Below are positions 19,743 to 29,986 of a stretch of DNA of 64,000 bases, piece after piece. A program made the position numbers and the translations under genes. The stretch is taken from positions 266,370 through 330,369 of the forward strand of contig JAXLQJ010000002.1 in assembly GCA_046331705.1 (NCBI GenBank). Direction: 5' to 3'. The notes below the pieces were generated by a model. That model worked only from the letters and a program-made list of their open reading frames with translations. It did not search any database and was not told the DNA's origin. The stretch comes from a bacterium. Lineage in GTDB: Bacteria > JADJOY01. The stretch's first letter is position 1. Each line of letters begins with the position of its first letter.

Positions 19743-21350
19743 ATGGACGACGATCGACACGCCAGCCCACGTCACCGGCCGCAGCGCACCGGCCTCGCGC
19801 TGCTCTTCGCCGCGATCACCGCTTGCGGTGGCGGCGCAAGCGGCGGTGCGACGCCCGTACCCGGCGACGGCGGCACGACGCCGCCGCCCGCGAGCGGCGG
19901 GAGCGCCGGCGCGCGCTTGATCGGCAGCATCACCGACTCCGGCGCGCTCGGAGCCACCGCTCGCAACGCCCCCGCGAGCGGTGTCCGCATCGAGGTGCTC
20001 GACGGGCGCGGTCGCGCGCTCGGTGCCGGCAGCAGCGACGGCGGCGGCGCGATCACCATCGACGGTCTTCCCGCCGGCAGCGTGTCGCTGCGCCTGACGC
20101 TGCCCTCGTCGGTGCGTCCGCTCGCGAGCGGAGCGCCACCCACGCTGACGCTCGCCGCGACGCTCGCGGCCAACGGCGATGCCGCGCTCGTCGAGGATCT
20201 GGGCCTGGCCGATCTGAACGCCGACGGCCAACCGGACGCCGTGGTCTTCGCGGGCTACGTCCGCGACGCCAACGGCGAGCGCGTGCATCGCATGGCGCTC
20301 GACCCCGCCTCCGGCCGGACCGTGCCCGACACCAACGGCGACGGCCAGGTGAACGGCAACGACGCGGGCTTCGACGACTCGAACGGCGATGGCGTTCCCG
20401 ACGACAGCCAGCAACCAGTTCCGGTGACGTCGGAGGTGCAGGCGCGTGGCGTGATCGAAGACCTTGGCACCGACGCGATCACCGTGGGAGGCGTGACATT
20501 CGCCATCACGGGCAACACCGTGTGGCTGGATGGCACGGGTTCCGCGACGGTGCCGTCCGCGTTCCAGCAGGGCGATGCGGTGGAGGTCGAGGGCGTGCGT
20601 CAGGCGGACGGGGGCGTGGTGGCCACGCGCGTGAAGGCCGAGGACGACGGCGGCGTGGGACAAGACGAGGTCGAGCTCACCGGCACCGTGGAGAACCTCG
20701 ACAGCGCCAGCATCACGGTACGCGGTGTGACGTTCGCGATCGCGAGCGACACCGTCGTGACCGGTCAGCGCAACCAGCCCATCGGCATCGGCGACCTCGC
20801 CGTCGGCGACTTCGTCGAGATCGAGGGCGAGACGCGAAGCGGCACGCTGACCGCAGTCCGCATCCACGTCGAGGATCTGGGCGACGACACGGGCGGCGAG
20901 GTCGAGCTACGCGGCACCGTCGACGCCATCGATGGCGGCTCCATCACCGTCGGTGGTCAGGTCTTCGCGATCACCGGAAGCACCCAGTTCCGCGACGACG
21001 ACGGCAACGCGATCTCGGCTGGCGACATCCAGGTGGGCCAGCGGGTGGAGATCGAGGGCACGCGGGACCCGAGCGGCAATCTCGTCGCCACGAAGGTGAA
21101 GATCGAAGACGAGACTGGCGGGGGCGGCGGCAACGCTGGGCCCGGCAACGGCGGTGACGACGGCAGCAGCGACGACGGCGATGGCAACGACGATTCCGGC
21201 TCCGGCAGCGACGGCGACAGCAACTCGGGCCCCGGTGGCGGTAGCGACGACGACGGTGGCGATGACCACGGCGGCGGTAGCGACGACGACGGCGGCGACG
21301 ATCACGGGGGTGGAGGTAGCGGAGGGGCCGACGACAGCGGCGATGGCTGA
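19743..21350 (+). CDS. Lipoprotein with three DUF5666-like repeats and DxNxDG Ca-binding-like motifs
   Basis: RBS GGGAGGA; ITAC lipobox; DLNADG, DTNGDG, DSNGDG; three GxV, ITVGG, VEIEG units; acidic Gly-rich tail. Confidence 0.82.
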   Translation: MDDDRHASPRHRPQRTGLALLFAAITACGGGASGGATPVPGDGGTTPPPASGGSAGARLIGSITDSGALGATARNAPASGVRIEVLDGRGRALGAGSSDGGGAITIDGLPAGSVSLRLTLPSSVRPLASGAPPTLTLAATLAANGDAALVEDLGLADLNADGQPDAVVFAGYVRDANGERVHRMALDPASGRTVPDTNGDGQVNGNDAGFDDSNGDGVPDDSQQPVPVTSEVQARGVIEDLGTDAITVGGVTFAITGNTVWLDGTGSATVPSAFQQGDAVEVEGVRQADGGVVATRVKAEDDGGVGQDEVELTGTVENLDSASITVRGVTFAIASDTVVTGQRNQPIGIGDLAVGDFVEIEGETRSGTLTAVRIHVEDLGDDTGGEVELRGTVDAIDGGSITVGGQVFAITGSTQFRDDDGNAISAGDIQVGQRVEIEGTRDPSGNLVATKVKIEDETGGGGGNAGPGNGGDDGSSDDGDGNDDSGSGSDGDSNSGPGGGSDDDGGDDHGGGSDDDGGDDHGGGGSGGADDSGDG

Positions 21351-21491
21351 CAGCCCACGCTCGCGAACCTAGACCGCGGGGCCCGTCCCCGACGATCTGC
21401 GATGCCCACGAGGGGCGGTGCCGACGGCGCCGCCCCTCGCTCGTTCCGCGCTACGACGATCCCCGCTCCGAGCCTCTCGCCCCAGCCGCGC

Positions 21492-21881
21492 TCACCGCCG
21501 GCCGAGGTCGGTCAAGAACCACGCGAGCCAGGCGATTCCCAGCACCTGACCGAGATTCCGATTCACCGGCGCCGGCGCCGCGGAGAGCTGGCGCAGCGGA
21601 TGGATGCCGAAGATGTTGCGCAACCGCTGGGCCGTGCCGTCGTCGAGCCCCCGCACCCGAAGTCGCGCATGATCGGCCTCCCGGACCGCTCGGATCGTCG
21701 CCTTCGCGGGACGGAGCTGCACCAAGACCTCCTCGAAGTCGGCGAGCAACCCGGGCGGGATCCGCCCGCGAAGCACCAGCACCCGTCGTTCGCGCACCGA
21801 CAGCACGAAGATCTCGTTGCCGCGCTCCACGACCAGCCAGGCGATCGCGAAGATCGCCACCAGCACGATGATCTGAATCAT
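21492..21881 (-). CDS. DUF3634-like small membrane protein
   Basis: N-terminal TM; RGRIPPGLL and QRLRNIF. Confidence 0.7.
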   Translation of the reverse strand: MIQIIVLVAIFAIAWLVVERGNEIFVLSVRERRVLVLRGRIPPGLLADFEEVLVQLRPAKATIRAVREADHARLRVRGLDDGTAQRLRNIFGIHPLRQLSAAPAPVNRNLGQVLGIAWLAWFLTDLGRR

Positions 21882-22070
21882 GCGCCCTCCCGTTCGCGGC
21901 GAGCGTACGCCGGCGCACACAGCGCCTCAACGCACGCCCGCTCGCACGCCGGCGCGATTCGCGCCGAGTCAGGGGTTCCGCAGCGGCCGATAGGCCGCTG
22001 AGATCATAGGGAGATGGGTGCGGCAGATTCCCAAGGCTGGTGGGGTTGCGGATTCTGGCACATATTATGA

Positions 22071-22550
22071 TTGCTATTAGAAGCAGTCCCGTCGTATCGT
22101 CGGCTCGTGCGCAAGACCGCCAGCCGCCTGCGTCAGAAGCTCCTCGAGTTGGGGCAGGACTACCAACGACACCTCGAGCAGCTCATCGGTGAACGGGGGC
22201 CCTTGGTCCGCGGCAGCTTCGGCACGCGGGCCCGCCGCTGTGGCAAACCCGGGTGTCGTTGCACCCAGGGCGAGCTTCACGAGTCCAAGTACCTCACCGG
22301 CAGCGACGATGGACGCATTCGTCAGATCCACGTTCCAGCCGCTGACGAGGTGGAGGTCCAGGTCGGGGTCGATCGTTACCGCCGCTTTCGGCAGACCCAG
22401 GCACGCCTCATCGATTTGGCTCGCAGTCACCAGGCGTTGGCGGATCAGCTTGGGCGCGCGCTGTTGAAGCCGTATCCGCCCAACGACCCGCTGCCGCCCC
22501 CGAAGCGGCGCGGACGGCGTCCACGGGGAGGACCGAACGAGCCGCGCTGA
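22071..22550 (+). CDS. DUF6788-like IS accessory protein
   Basis: LVRGS and RRCGKPGCRCTQGELH motif. Confidence 0.75.
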   Translation: MLLEAVPSYRRLVRKTASRLRQKLLELGQDYQRHLEQLIGERGPLVRGSFGTRARRCGKPGCRCTQGELHESKYLTGSDDGRIRQIHVPAADEVEVQVGVDRYRRFRQTQARLIDLARSHQALADQLGRALLKPYPPNDPLPPPKRRGRRPRGGPNEPR

Positions 22551-22635
22551 GCGGGCAGATGCGGTCGAGCGCGACGCGGGAGGCTCGTCCCTCGTCGCCG
22601 AGGGAGAGGATTTCGCCGCCGTCAGCCGCGGCTGG

Positions 22636-23916
22636 TTGCGCGCGCTGGTGGCCTACGGTCGGAAGGTCTACGACCTGCGTGAGCGACTCGAGGCCGTGAC
22701 CGACAGTCGGCAACAGGCGATCGTCCCGTCGTCTGACGTCGCCGCGGCGGTGTTCTTTTGCGGCCTGTTACGCATCCGCAGCTTCAACGCGCTGGAACCG
22801 CGGCTTCGCGAGCGGCCCTATCGTCGGTTGATCGGATCGGAAGCCGAGCCCCGACGGCTGGTGTGTGCCGACACGCTCAGTCGGGTGCTTCGGCGCATGG
22901 ACGTCGCGACGCTGCGGTCGCTCGTCGTGGGGATGGTGAAGCAAGCCGAACGGAACAAGGTGTTTCGGGAGGGGTGGTACCGGGCGCTGCGTTACGTGGC
23001 GGTGGACGGTTGGGAGCCGATCACGTCGCGGGGCCGGCATTGCCGGCATTGTTTGGTGCGTCGGGTGAAGGTGAAGGATCGGACGGGCGCGATCGTGGAG
23101 GTCGAGGAGTACTACCACCGCTACGTGGTGGCGATGCTGATCGACGCGCGCTTCGACTTGATGCTGGATTTGGAACCGCTGTTGCCGAGCGATCGGCGGC
23201 CGTCGGGGTCGCCGCAGGACGAAGGTGAGCTGACGGCTGCGCGTCGGTTGGTGTTGCGGATCGCCGAGACCTACCCGTGGGTGGACGTGGTGGTCGCCGA
23301 CGGGTTGTACGCGAACGGTCCGTTCCTGACGACGGTGAAGGAGGCGGGGCTGGGGGCGGTGGTGATCGCGAAGAAGGCGACGGACGAGCCGCTGCGGGAG
23401 GCGCTGACGCTGTGGTCGGGTCAGCCGGCGACGGAGACGATCGAGGATCGCGCGCGCGGTGAGCAACTCGCGCTGTGGGATTGCCGAGGGGTCGAGACGT
23501 TGATGACGTACCGCGGCCCGATTCGGGTGGTTCGCGGCGAAGTGACGCGACGAGACGAGCCGACGGCGGGCCGTCGCACGTGGTGCATGGCGGTGACGGG
23601 CACGGCGATGCGGTTGTCGTCGGCGGATGTGCTGTCGGTGGCACGGGCGCGCTGGCACATCGAGAACACGGGGTTTCATCAGTGGACGACGCGGTGGCGG
23701 TTCGCGCACGTCTTTGTGCACGATGGTCCGGGGATCGAGGCGCTGTACTGGTTGTTCTTCGCGGCCTACAACCTGTTGACGTTGTTTCTCTACCGCCAGG
23801 TGCGCCGCTACGGCCGGGACCGAGGCGGTGACGGCACACGCACGATCAGTCGGCTGATCGACGAGATGCTGGATGAGCTGGCGCGGCTGACCGAGTCGCC
23901 CTGGGACACGAGCTGA
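22636..23916 (+). CDS. DDE transposase (IS4-superfamily/ISNCY-like)
   Basis: VAVDG, CRHC, YYH, DEGELTAARRL, VVADGLYA, RARWHIEN. True start may be upstream at 22537. Confidence 0.85.
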   Translation: MRALVAYGRKVYDLRERLEAVTDSRQQAIVPSSDVAAAVFFCGLLRIRSFNALEPRLRERPYRRLIGSEAEPRRLVCADTLSRVLRRMDVATLRSLVVGMVKQAERNKVFREGWYRALRYVAVDGWEPITSRGRHCRHCLVRRVKVKDRTGAIVEVEEYYHRYVVAMLIDARFDLMLDLEPLLPSDRRPSGSPQDEGELTAARRLVLRIAETYPWVDVVVADGLYANGPFLTTVKEAGLGAVVIAKKATDEPLREALTLWSGQPATETIEDRARGEQLALWDCRGVETLMTYRGPIRVVRGEVTRRDEPTAGRRTWCMAVTGTAMRLSSADVLSVARARWHIENTGFHQWTTRWRFAHVFVHDGPGIEALYWLFFAAYNLLTLFLYRQVRRYGRDRGGDGTRTISRLIDEMLDELARLTESPWDTS

Positions 23917-24194
23917 ATCCGGCGTCGGCACCGCCCGCACCGGGCCGTGCGGTTGCGCCGACGCCACGTCACCCAGCCCCCGAACCACTCGCACCCCGAA
24001 CCGAGGCGGGGCCACCTCACAACTCAGGGCGTGCTCCCTCGCGGAGGGGAACTGCGCCTCAACGACTCCGAGTGCGCCCCGGCGCGCCTCGAACCCGAGT
24101 CCCCGCCGGTCGCTGCGGAGCCTCTGCGCTCGCGCTCGGCGCCTTCCCGGGCGCGTCGTTCGGATGGTAGCGTGCGGCGCGCGCTGCGGGGGCG

Positions 24195-25268
24195 ATGGCG
24201 CTCGAGCGCACGGAGAAACGGCGACGGATGCGAGCGATCGGCGAGCGGGCGCGACTCACGGAGATCGGCTGGGACAAGGATCTCGTCTTCGAGGTCGTGG
24301 ACGAGCCCGTGCCGGACGCCACCGGCGACAAGGTGCTGGTGGAGGTCGAGGCGTGCGGGGTGTGCTACCGCGATCTCATCGATCGTTCAGGCCGCTTCCC
24401 GTTCCTGCAGACGCCGATCACGCCTGGCCACGAGGCGGCGGGGCGCGTGGTCGACGTCGGCCCCCGCGTGCAGCGCTGGCAGGTCGGGGATCGCGTCGCC
24501 ACCTTGCACCGCGACTACTGCGGCAACTGCAGCGCGTGCGCGCGCGGCGATACCTGCTTCTGCACGCGCGCGAGCTGGGTGCTCGGCTTGCTCGCCGACG
24601 GCGGCTACGCGCGTCATCTCCTGGTGCCCGAGAACGCGCTCTATGCCGTGCCAGCGGAGCTCTCCTCCGCGCAGGCCGCCGTGCTGCACTGCACCTACGG
24701 CTCGGCGTGGCGCGGCCTGGTGGTGGCGGGCAGGCTCGAGAAGGGTGAACGGGCGCTGATCACCGGCGCCAACGGCGGCGTGGGCGCGGCAGGCGTGGAG
24801 CTGGCTGCGCGGCTCGGCGCCAGCGTGACCGCCGTGGTGCGCGACGAGAAGCACGTCGCGCGCATGCACCAGCTGGGCGCGCACGACGTGATCGTCGATC
24901 GCGAGGGCGCCTTCCACAAGCATCCGTCGCTCGAGCGCGCGGACGTCGTTCTCGAATGCGTGGGCAAGGCCACGTTCAACGCCTCGCTGCGTAGTCTGGC
25001 CGTGGGCGGCCGGATGGGGCTGGTGGGGAACATCGATCCCGAGCAGGCGTCGCTCAACCTCGGCTTCGTGATCGTCAACGGGCTGCGGATCGAAGGGCCG
25101 GGCGGCTGCACGCCGAAGGACATCGAGGGCATCGTCGCGCTGCATCGCGAGGCGCCGCTCGAGTTCCTGATCGATCGCACGCTGCCGCTCGCGCAGGCCG
25201 ACGCGGCGCAACGGCTGGTGCGCGCTGGCGGTCTCGAGGGCCGGATCGTGCTCGTGCCTGGCGCGTGA
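24195..25268 (+). CDS. Zinc-binding alcohol dehydrogenase (MDR)
   Basis: CGVCYRD, PGHE, CGNCSAC plus a further Cys, ITGANGGVG. Confidence 0.92.
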   Translation: MALERTEKRRRMRAIGERARLTEIGWDKDLVFEVVDEPVPDATGDKVLVEVEACGVCYRDLIDRSGRFPFLQTPITPGHEAAGRVVDVGPRVQRWQVGDRVATLHRDYCGNCSACARGDTCFCTRASWVLGLLADGGYARHLLVPENALYAVPAELSSAQAAVLHCTYGSAWRGLVVAGRLEKGERALITGANGGVGAAGVELAARLGASVTAVVRDEKHVARMHQLGAHDVIVDREGAFHKHPSLERADVVLECVGKATFNASLRSLAVGGRMGLVGNIDPEQASLNLGFVIVNGLRIEGPGGCTPKDIEGIVALHREAPLEFLIDRTLPLAQADAAQRLVRAGGLEGRIVLVPGA

Positions 25269-26179
25269 GCGCCGCGCGCACGCCCGTCGCTTGCGACATG
25301 GCTCCGCCCGAGATCGCCGCTGCGGCGCTCGCGTCGTCGCGCGCCGACCGGCTCGCGTGGTCGGACGCCGAGCTACGGACGCGATCCTTCCTCGAGCGTA
25401 CGGTGGTGCGCGCCGTCACCTTCGTCCACGACCACGGCTGGGCGAAGACTCCCTTCCTGGTCTGGGTGCACACGTTCACCAACTGGTTCGCGTGGCGATT
25501 CGTGGGGCGCGTGCTGGAGGTCCACCACACGGACCGCCTGAATGCGATCGCAAACGAGCGACCCGTGGTGGTCATGGCCAATCATCTGACCTTCTGGGAT
25601 CTCTACATCCTCTCGGCCGTGCTCTATCGGCGCACCGGAGTGTGGCGTGACTACTACTTCCCGGTACGGGCGCGCTTCTTCTACGAGAGCCCGCTCGGGT
25701 TCCTGCTCAACGTGGTCTTCGCTGGGCTCACGATGTTTCCGCCGTTCTTCCAGGCGGACGGCGCGCGGCGGCTCGACGTGGAGGCGCTGCGGATCCTCGA
25801 CCGCGTGGCCGGTCGGCGGCGCGCGTTGGTGGGCTTCCACCCCGAAGGGACCCGCAACAAGACCGGCGATCCGTATCGGCTGTTGCCGGCCCGCGCCGCC
25901 ACCAAGCGCGTGCTCCATTCCGCGCGCCGCGCCGGCGCGACGTTGATCCCGATCTTCATGAACGGTCTCGATGGTGGCATGCACCGCGCGTTGTGGAAGA
26001 ATTGGACGCGTCGCGCGCGCATCCACGTGCTGATCGGCGAGCCGCTCGATCCGCGCGAGCTGCTCGCGAGCTGCGACGCGAACGGCGCCGACCCCGTGGC
26101 TCTGGTCATGGACCGACTCCACCAGCTCGCAGCCGAGGAGCGTGCGCTGCGGGACTCCGCCGCAGCGGACGCGCCATGA
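25265..26179 (+). CDS. PlsC-like lysophospholipid acyltransferase
   Basis: NHLTFWD (HX4D) and FHPEGTR. Confidence 0.88.
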   Translation: MSAARTPVACDMAPPEIAAAALASSRADRLAWSDAELRTRSFLERTVVRAVTFVHDHGWAKTPFLVWVHTFTNWFAWRFVGRVLEVHHTDRLNAIANERPVVVMANHLTFWDLYILSAVLYRRTGVWRDYYFPVRARFFYESPLGFLLNVVFAGLTMFPPFFQADGARRLDVEALRILDRVAGRRRALVGFHPEGTRNKTGDPYRLLPARAATKRVLHSARRAGATLIPIFMNGLDGGMHRALWKNWTRRARIHVLIGEPLDPRELLASCDANGADPVALVMDRLHQLAAEERALRDSAAADAP

Positions 26180-29100
26180 CGAACGCGCGCCGCGCTCGCC
26201 GCACGGGGTTCGCTGGTCTCGCCGCGGCGCTCGCGCTCGTCGCTGCGTGCGGCTCGGGCGCGTCCAGCCGGCCGGCCACGGACGCTTCGCCGATCCCGCC
26301 CGAGCCCGGCTTCGCGATCGAACGATTGGTGAATCCGCCCGCGAGCTACGGGCCGTGGGTGCGGTGGTGGTGGCCGGGCAACGACGTCGAGGACGCGGAG
26401 CTCGCGCGCGAGGTGGACGTGCTGGCGGCGGCGGGCTTCGCGGGCGCCGAGATCCAGGCGTTCGACGCGGCCCTCGATCCGAACGCGGACGCGGCGGAGA
26501 TCGCCCGCCGGCGCTCGTACGCGACTCCGTCGTTTTACGCGCACCTGGCGGCGGCAGCGGCACAGGCCGAGGCGCGCGGGCTGGCTCTCGATCTCACGCT
26601 CGGCTCCGGATGGCCGGTGGGCGGCGAGCACGTGCGGCCGGAATCGTCGATCGCGACCCTGCTCTGGAGCGAGGACGCGGTCGAGGGACCGGGCACCGTC
26701 ACGCTCGATCTCGCGCGACCGGACAAGCCCATCTTCTACCTGGTCGCGCAGGTTCTGGAGCTCGCCGGCGAGCCGCAAGCGCGCTGGGAGGGCGATCGGG
26801 CCGAACGTGTCGCAGTGCTCGCCTATCGTGTCACTGGCGGGGGCCGAGCCTCGAACCCGCTCGACCTCGCCGACGCGATCGAGCTCGACGCGGGTTCGGT
26901 GGTGGACCTCACCGCGCGCGTCTCCACCGACGGCACGCTCGCGTGGGAGGCACCCGCGGGCCGCTGGCAGGTGATCGCCTTCTTCCGAGCGCCCGATGGC
27001 GAGTATCCGCTGCTCGTCGCCGAGCCCGGGCCCGGCTACGTCGTCGACCATCTCGACACAGCGGTCGTGCGCGACGAGCTCGAGTACCACCTGGGCGCGC
27101 GCACCGGGCTGGCGCTCGACGGGGGCGCGCCGTTCCGGGCCATCTTCGACGACAGCCTGGAGCTCAAATCCGAGCGTCACGTCACCGCCGACTTCGTGCA
27201 GGAGTTCCGCCGCCGTCGCGGCTACGACCCCACGCCGTGGCTCCCGGCGGTGGTGGTGCCGGGCGCGGACAACTACGTGTTCGAGGCCGCGGCGCTGCAG
27301 GCGGGTGCGCCGTTTCGGTTCTCGGACGACGACGAGCGTGTGCGCTACGACTGGTCGCGCACGGTCTCGGACCTCTTCGTCGAGCGCTGGTACGGCACGA
27401 TGCGATCCTTCGGCCACGCGCGTGGGCTCGCGTTGCGGGCGCAGCCTTACGGCGCCGCGTTCGACGTGCTGCGCGCGCAAGGCGCCGTGGACGTGCCCGA
27501 GACCGAGCAGCTCTACGCCGGTGGCAGCGAGCTGGCGCTCGCCATGGCGTCCTCGGCCGCCGCGCTCTACGGCCGCAACCTGGTCTCCGCCGAGGCGATG
27601 CCGTGGGCGGGTCGCGATTTCATGACCACGCCGGCGAAGATGAAGCTCGCCGCGGACAAGCTCTTCGCGAGCGGCGTGAATCAGGTGGTCTTCCACGGCT
27701 TCCCCTACCGCAAGGAGGGGGGCTACGGCGAGGCGGGTTGGAATCCGTTCTCCTCGCCTTGGTCGGGGTTGCTCACGTTTGCATCCCACATTGGCGAGAC
27801 GGATCCCTTCTTCGGCGACCAGCCCCAGCTCGATCGCTACCTCGCGCGCTGTCAGTACGCCCTGCGCCAGGGCGCGCCCGACGTCGACCTGCTCGTCTAC
27901 TATCCGTGGCTCGGCTTCCCCTCGAACTACCAGTTCACCGAAGGGCACGACGAGACGCTCTTCACGGGAGCGCTGCCGGATCTCGAGCCGCGGGCGGGCT
28001 TCGACCAGCTCTATCGGATCGGTCGGCTGCTCGGTGTCTCCGGGACCGATCCGCGCGCGGCATGGCTGGAACGGATGTGGCCGTTGCTCGAGGGGCTCGA
28101 CGCGCGCGGCATCACGTGGGCGTGGGTGAACGACGAGAGTCTCGCAGTCGCCGAGCGCGCCAGCGACGCGCGTGTCGCGATTCGGGGGCGGACCTATCGC
28201 GGCGTGGTGGTGGCGGACGCGCCCACGATGGATGCCGCGGCCGCCGAGCGCGTCGGCGCGTTGGCGCAGGTGTCGATCCCGGTCTTGCTCGCGGGCGAGA
28301 TCCCGGCGCGCCAGCCCGGTCTTCGGGACATGGCCCGCGGAGATGCGCGGGTCGGCGCGGCGTTCGCCCGCGCCGCGGGCGGCGCGAACGTGGCGCGCAG
28401 CGAGGACCCCGCGGCGGGGATGGCGGCGCTCGAGACGATCGGCTTCGGATCGCCGTTTCGATTCGCGCGTCCGGCGACGGCCTTGCGGCAAGCGCGCCGC
28501 GCGCTCGCCGACGGGGGCGAGATCGTCTTCTTCTGGAATGCATCGCGCGAGCCCATCGCGACTGCCGTCGAGGCGTCGGATTGTGCCGAGCCGCGTTGGT
28601 TCGACGCATGGACGGGCGAGCTGAGCGCCGCGGAGACGGCGTTCGGGCTCGCGCTCGCGCCTTGGGAGACGCGGTTCTTGCTGTGTGGCGTGAACGTGGA
28701 CGGCGCGCCTGTGGCCGACGGCACGTTGCCGATCGTGGTGGCGGGTGAGTCGCGGCGGCGGACCGCGCTCGGCGCGTGGCAGCTCTCGGTGAGCGGCCCG
28801 GACGTGATCGGCGGATCGTTCTCGACCGAGCTGAGCGCGCTCACCGATTGGCGCGAGATCCCCGCGCTACGCGTGAGCTCGAGCCCGGGTGTCTACAGGA
28901 CGAGCATCGATCGGCCAGCGCTGGGCGAAGGGGAGCGCGCGGTGCTGACGCTGGGCTGGGTCGTGGGAACGGCCGATGTCCGCGTCAACGGCGGCGACGC
29001 GCGTCGCCTGCGGCTCCCGCCATTCGAGCTCGACGTCACCGACGCGCTCGTCGAGGGCCGCAACGACCTCGAGATCACCGTGACGGCGCCGCTGCGCAAT

Positions 29101-29226
29101 CGCTTCGTCGGCTACGGCGTCGCCTTAGACCCCGCGTACGCGCAGTTCGCCGGGCGCGGCGATGCGGTCATGGCGGCGGGGATCCTCGGCCCCGCGTCAC
29201 TCGACGTCCGTGGCGCTCGGCCGTAG
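26176..29226 (+). CDS. Glycoside hydrolase, GH106 (alpha-L-rhamnosidase-like), lipoprotein
   Basis: LVAAC lipobox; PWVRWWWPG, GSGWPVGG, FDDSLE, VPETE, GVNQVVFHG; C-terminal beta-sandwich. Confidence 0.85.
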   Translation: MTNARRARRTGFAGLAAALALVAACGSGASSRPATDASPIPPEPGFAIERLVNPPASYGPWVRWWWPGNDVEDAELAREVDVLAAAGFAGAEIQAFDAALDPNADAAEIARRRSYATPSFYAHLAAAAAQAEARGLALDLTLGSGWPVGGEHVRPESSIATLLWSEDAVEGPGTVTLDLARPDKPIFYLVAQVLELAGEPQARWEGDRAERVAVLAYRVTGGGRASNPLDLADAIELDAGSVVDLTARVSTDGTLAWEAPAGRWQVIAFFRAPDGEYPLLVAEPGPGYVVDHLDTAVVRDELEYHLGARTGLALDGGAPFRAIFDDSLELKSERHVTADFVQEFRRRRGYDPTPWLPAVVVPGADNYVFEAAALQAGAPFRFSDDDERVRYDWSRTVSDLFVERWYGTMRSFGHARGLALRAQPYGAAFDVLRAQGAVDVPETEQLYAGGSELALAMASSAAALYGRNLVSAEAMPWAGRDFMTTPAKMKLAADKLFASGVNQVVFHGFPYRKEGGYGEAGWNPFSSPWSGLLTFASHIGETDPFFGDQPQLDRYLARCQYALRQGAPDVDLLVYYPWLGFPSNYQFTEGHDETLFTGALPDLEPRAGFDQLYRIGRLLGVSGTDPRAAWLERMWPLLEGLDARGITWAWVNDESLAVAERASDARVAIRGRTYRGVVVADAPTMDAAAAERVGALAQVSIPVLLAGEIPARQPGLRDMARGDARVGAAFARAAGGANVARSEDPAAGMAALETIGFGSPFRFARPATALRQARRALADGGEIVFFWNASREPIATAVEASDCAEPRWFDAWTGELSAAETAFGLALAPWETRFLLCGVNVDGAPVADGTLPIVVAGESRRRTALGAWQLSVSGPDVIGGSFSTELSALTDWREIPALRVSSSPGVYRTSIDRPALGEGERAVLTLGWVVGTADVRVNGGDARRLRLPPFELDVTDALVEGRNDLEITVTAPLRNRFVGYGVALDPAYAQFAGRGDAVMAAGILGPASLDVRGARP

Positions 29227-29287
29227 CGCGGAAGTGCCGTCGGCGTGGTCACGCGTGACGGGTTCCGCTGCGGCGCTTGCGTTCCCG

Positions 29288-29986
29288 TCACGTTCCGCCG
29301 AGCCGCACGCGGCGCTCGGTGAGCAACGTGGCATGGCCGTCGCGATGCGCGTCGAAGGTGACGAGCTCGAGCGTGCGGACGGTGACGCGGATCGGCGGCA
29401 GCGGACGGTGGGGATGGAGCGCGCTCGCGATCGGAGCGGTGGGGCGCACGTCACGAAAGCGCCCGATGGTCACGTGCGGCGTGTAGGGCGCGAATCGAAC
29501 CTCGGGGTGCACACGGGCCAGCTCGTCGCGCACGCGCGCCAACGTGCGGTGTGGATCCTTTACGTCGAGGAATGCGCACGACGCGAACGCGTTGGCACCG
29601 CCCATTTCGATTTCCACCGGACGAAGCGATGCGCTGGCGAGCGCTGCGGCCTGCGCGTCGAGCACCGTCCAGGGCACGTCATCGTCGTGAGCTGGCGGGT
29701 CCTGGCATGGAAAGCCCGCCACGAAGGTGGTGACGTGCGCGTCCGCCGCGGCGACCGGCTCGATCGCGTCGGCGAGCGCGGCGGCGATGCGCGCCATGCG
29801 AGCGAGCACCTCGCTCGCGTCGATGCGAAGCACCCACACCGCGTAACGCGTGCGCCCGCGGTGCCAGGATTCGCGCGCACCGGCCGTGGGGCCGAGTGTC
29901 ACCGTGCGGGCGCGGAACGCGTGGAACGTGGCGTCGAGGTCGACGTCGCGTCGCGCCGGAGGTTCCGCCGATGCGCGCGCGCTCAA
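29288..29986 (-). CDS. 2H phosphoesterase / 2'-5' RNA ligase family protein
   Basis: Two HxT motifs (AHVT, PYTPHVTIG); TTG start overlapping the upstream stop is assumed. Confidence 0.72.
   Translation of the reverse strand: MSARASAEPPARRDVDLDATFHAFRARTVTLGPTAGARESWHRGRTRYAVWVLRIDASEVLARMARIAAALADAIEPVAAADAHVTTFVAGFPCQDPPAHDDDVPWTVLDAQAAALASASLRPVEIEMGGANAFASCAFLDVKDPHRTLARVRDELARVHPEVRFAPYTPHVTIGRFRDVRPTAPIASALHPHRPLPPIRVTVRTLELVTFDAHRDGHATLLTERRVRLGGT

Larger units (their letters stand above)
21998..24027 (+). mobile_element. Two-gene insertion sequence (DUF6788-like protein + DDE transposase)
   Basis: Gene pair with codon style distinct from the flanks. Only weak ends were seen (CTGAG and CTCAG), so boundaries are tentative. 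Confidence 0.55.

Noticed and set aside
22056-22074. TGGCAC and TTGC as a sigma54 promoter
   Set aside because: GG-to-GC spacing is 14 nt, not 10.
21922-24064. 11-bp direct repeat GCGCCTCAACG flanking the two-gene IS as a TSD
   Set aside because: No inverted repeats immediately inside it; may be chance.
25681-28491. 936-aa minus-strand ORF (also 12802..15003, 15766..17817, 35770..38196)
   Set aside because: Antisense to well-supported genes and no recognisable motifs.
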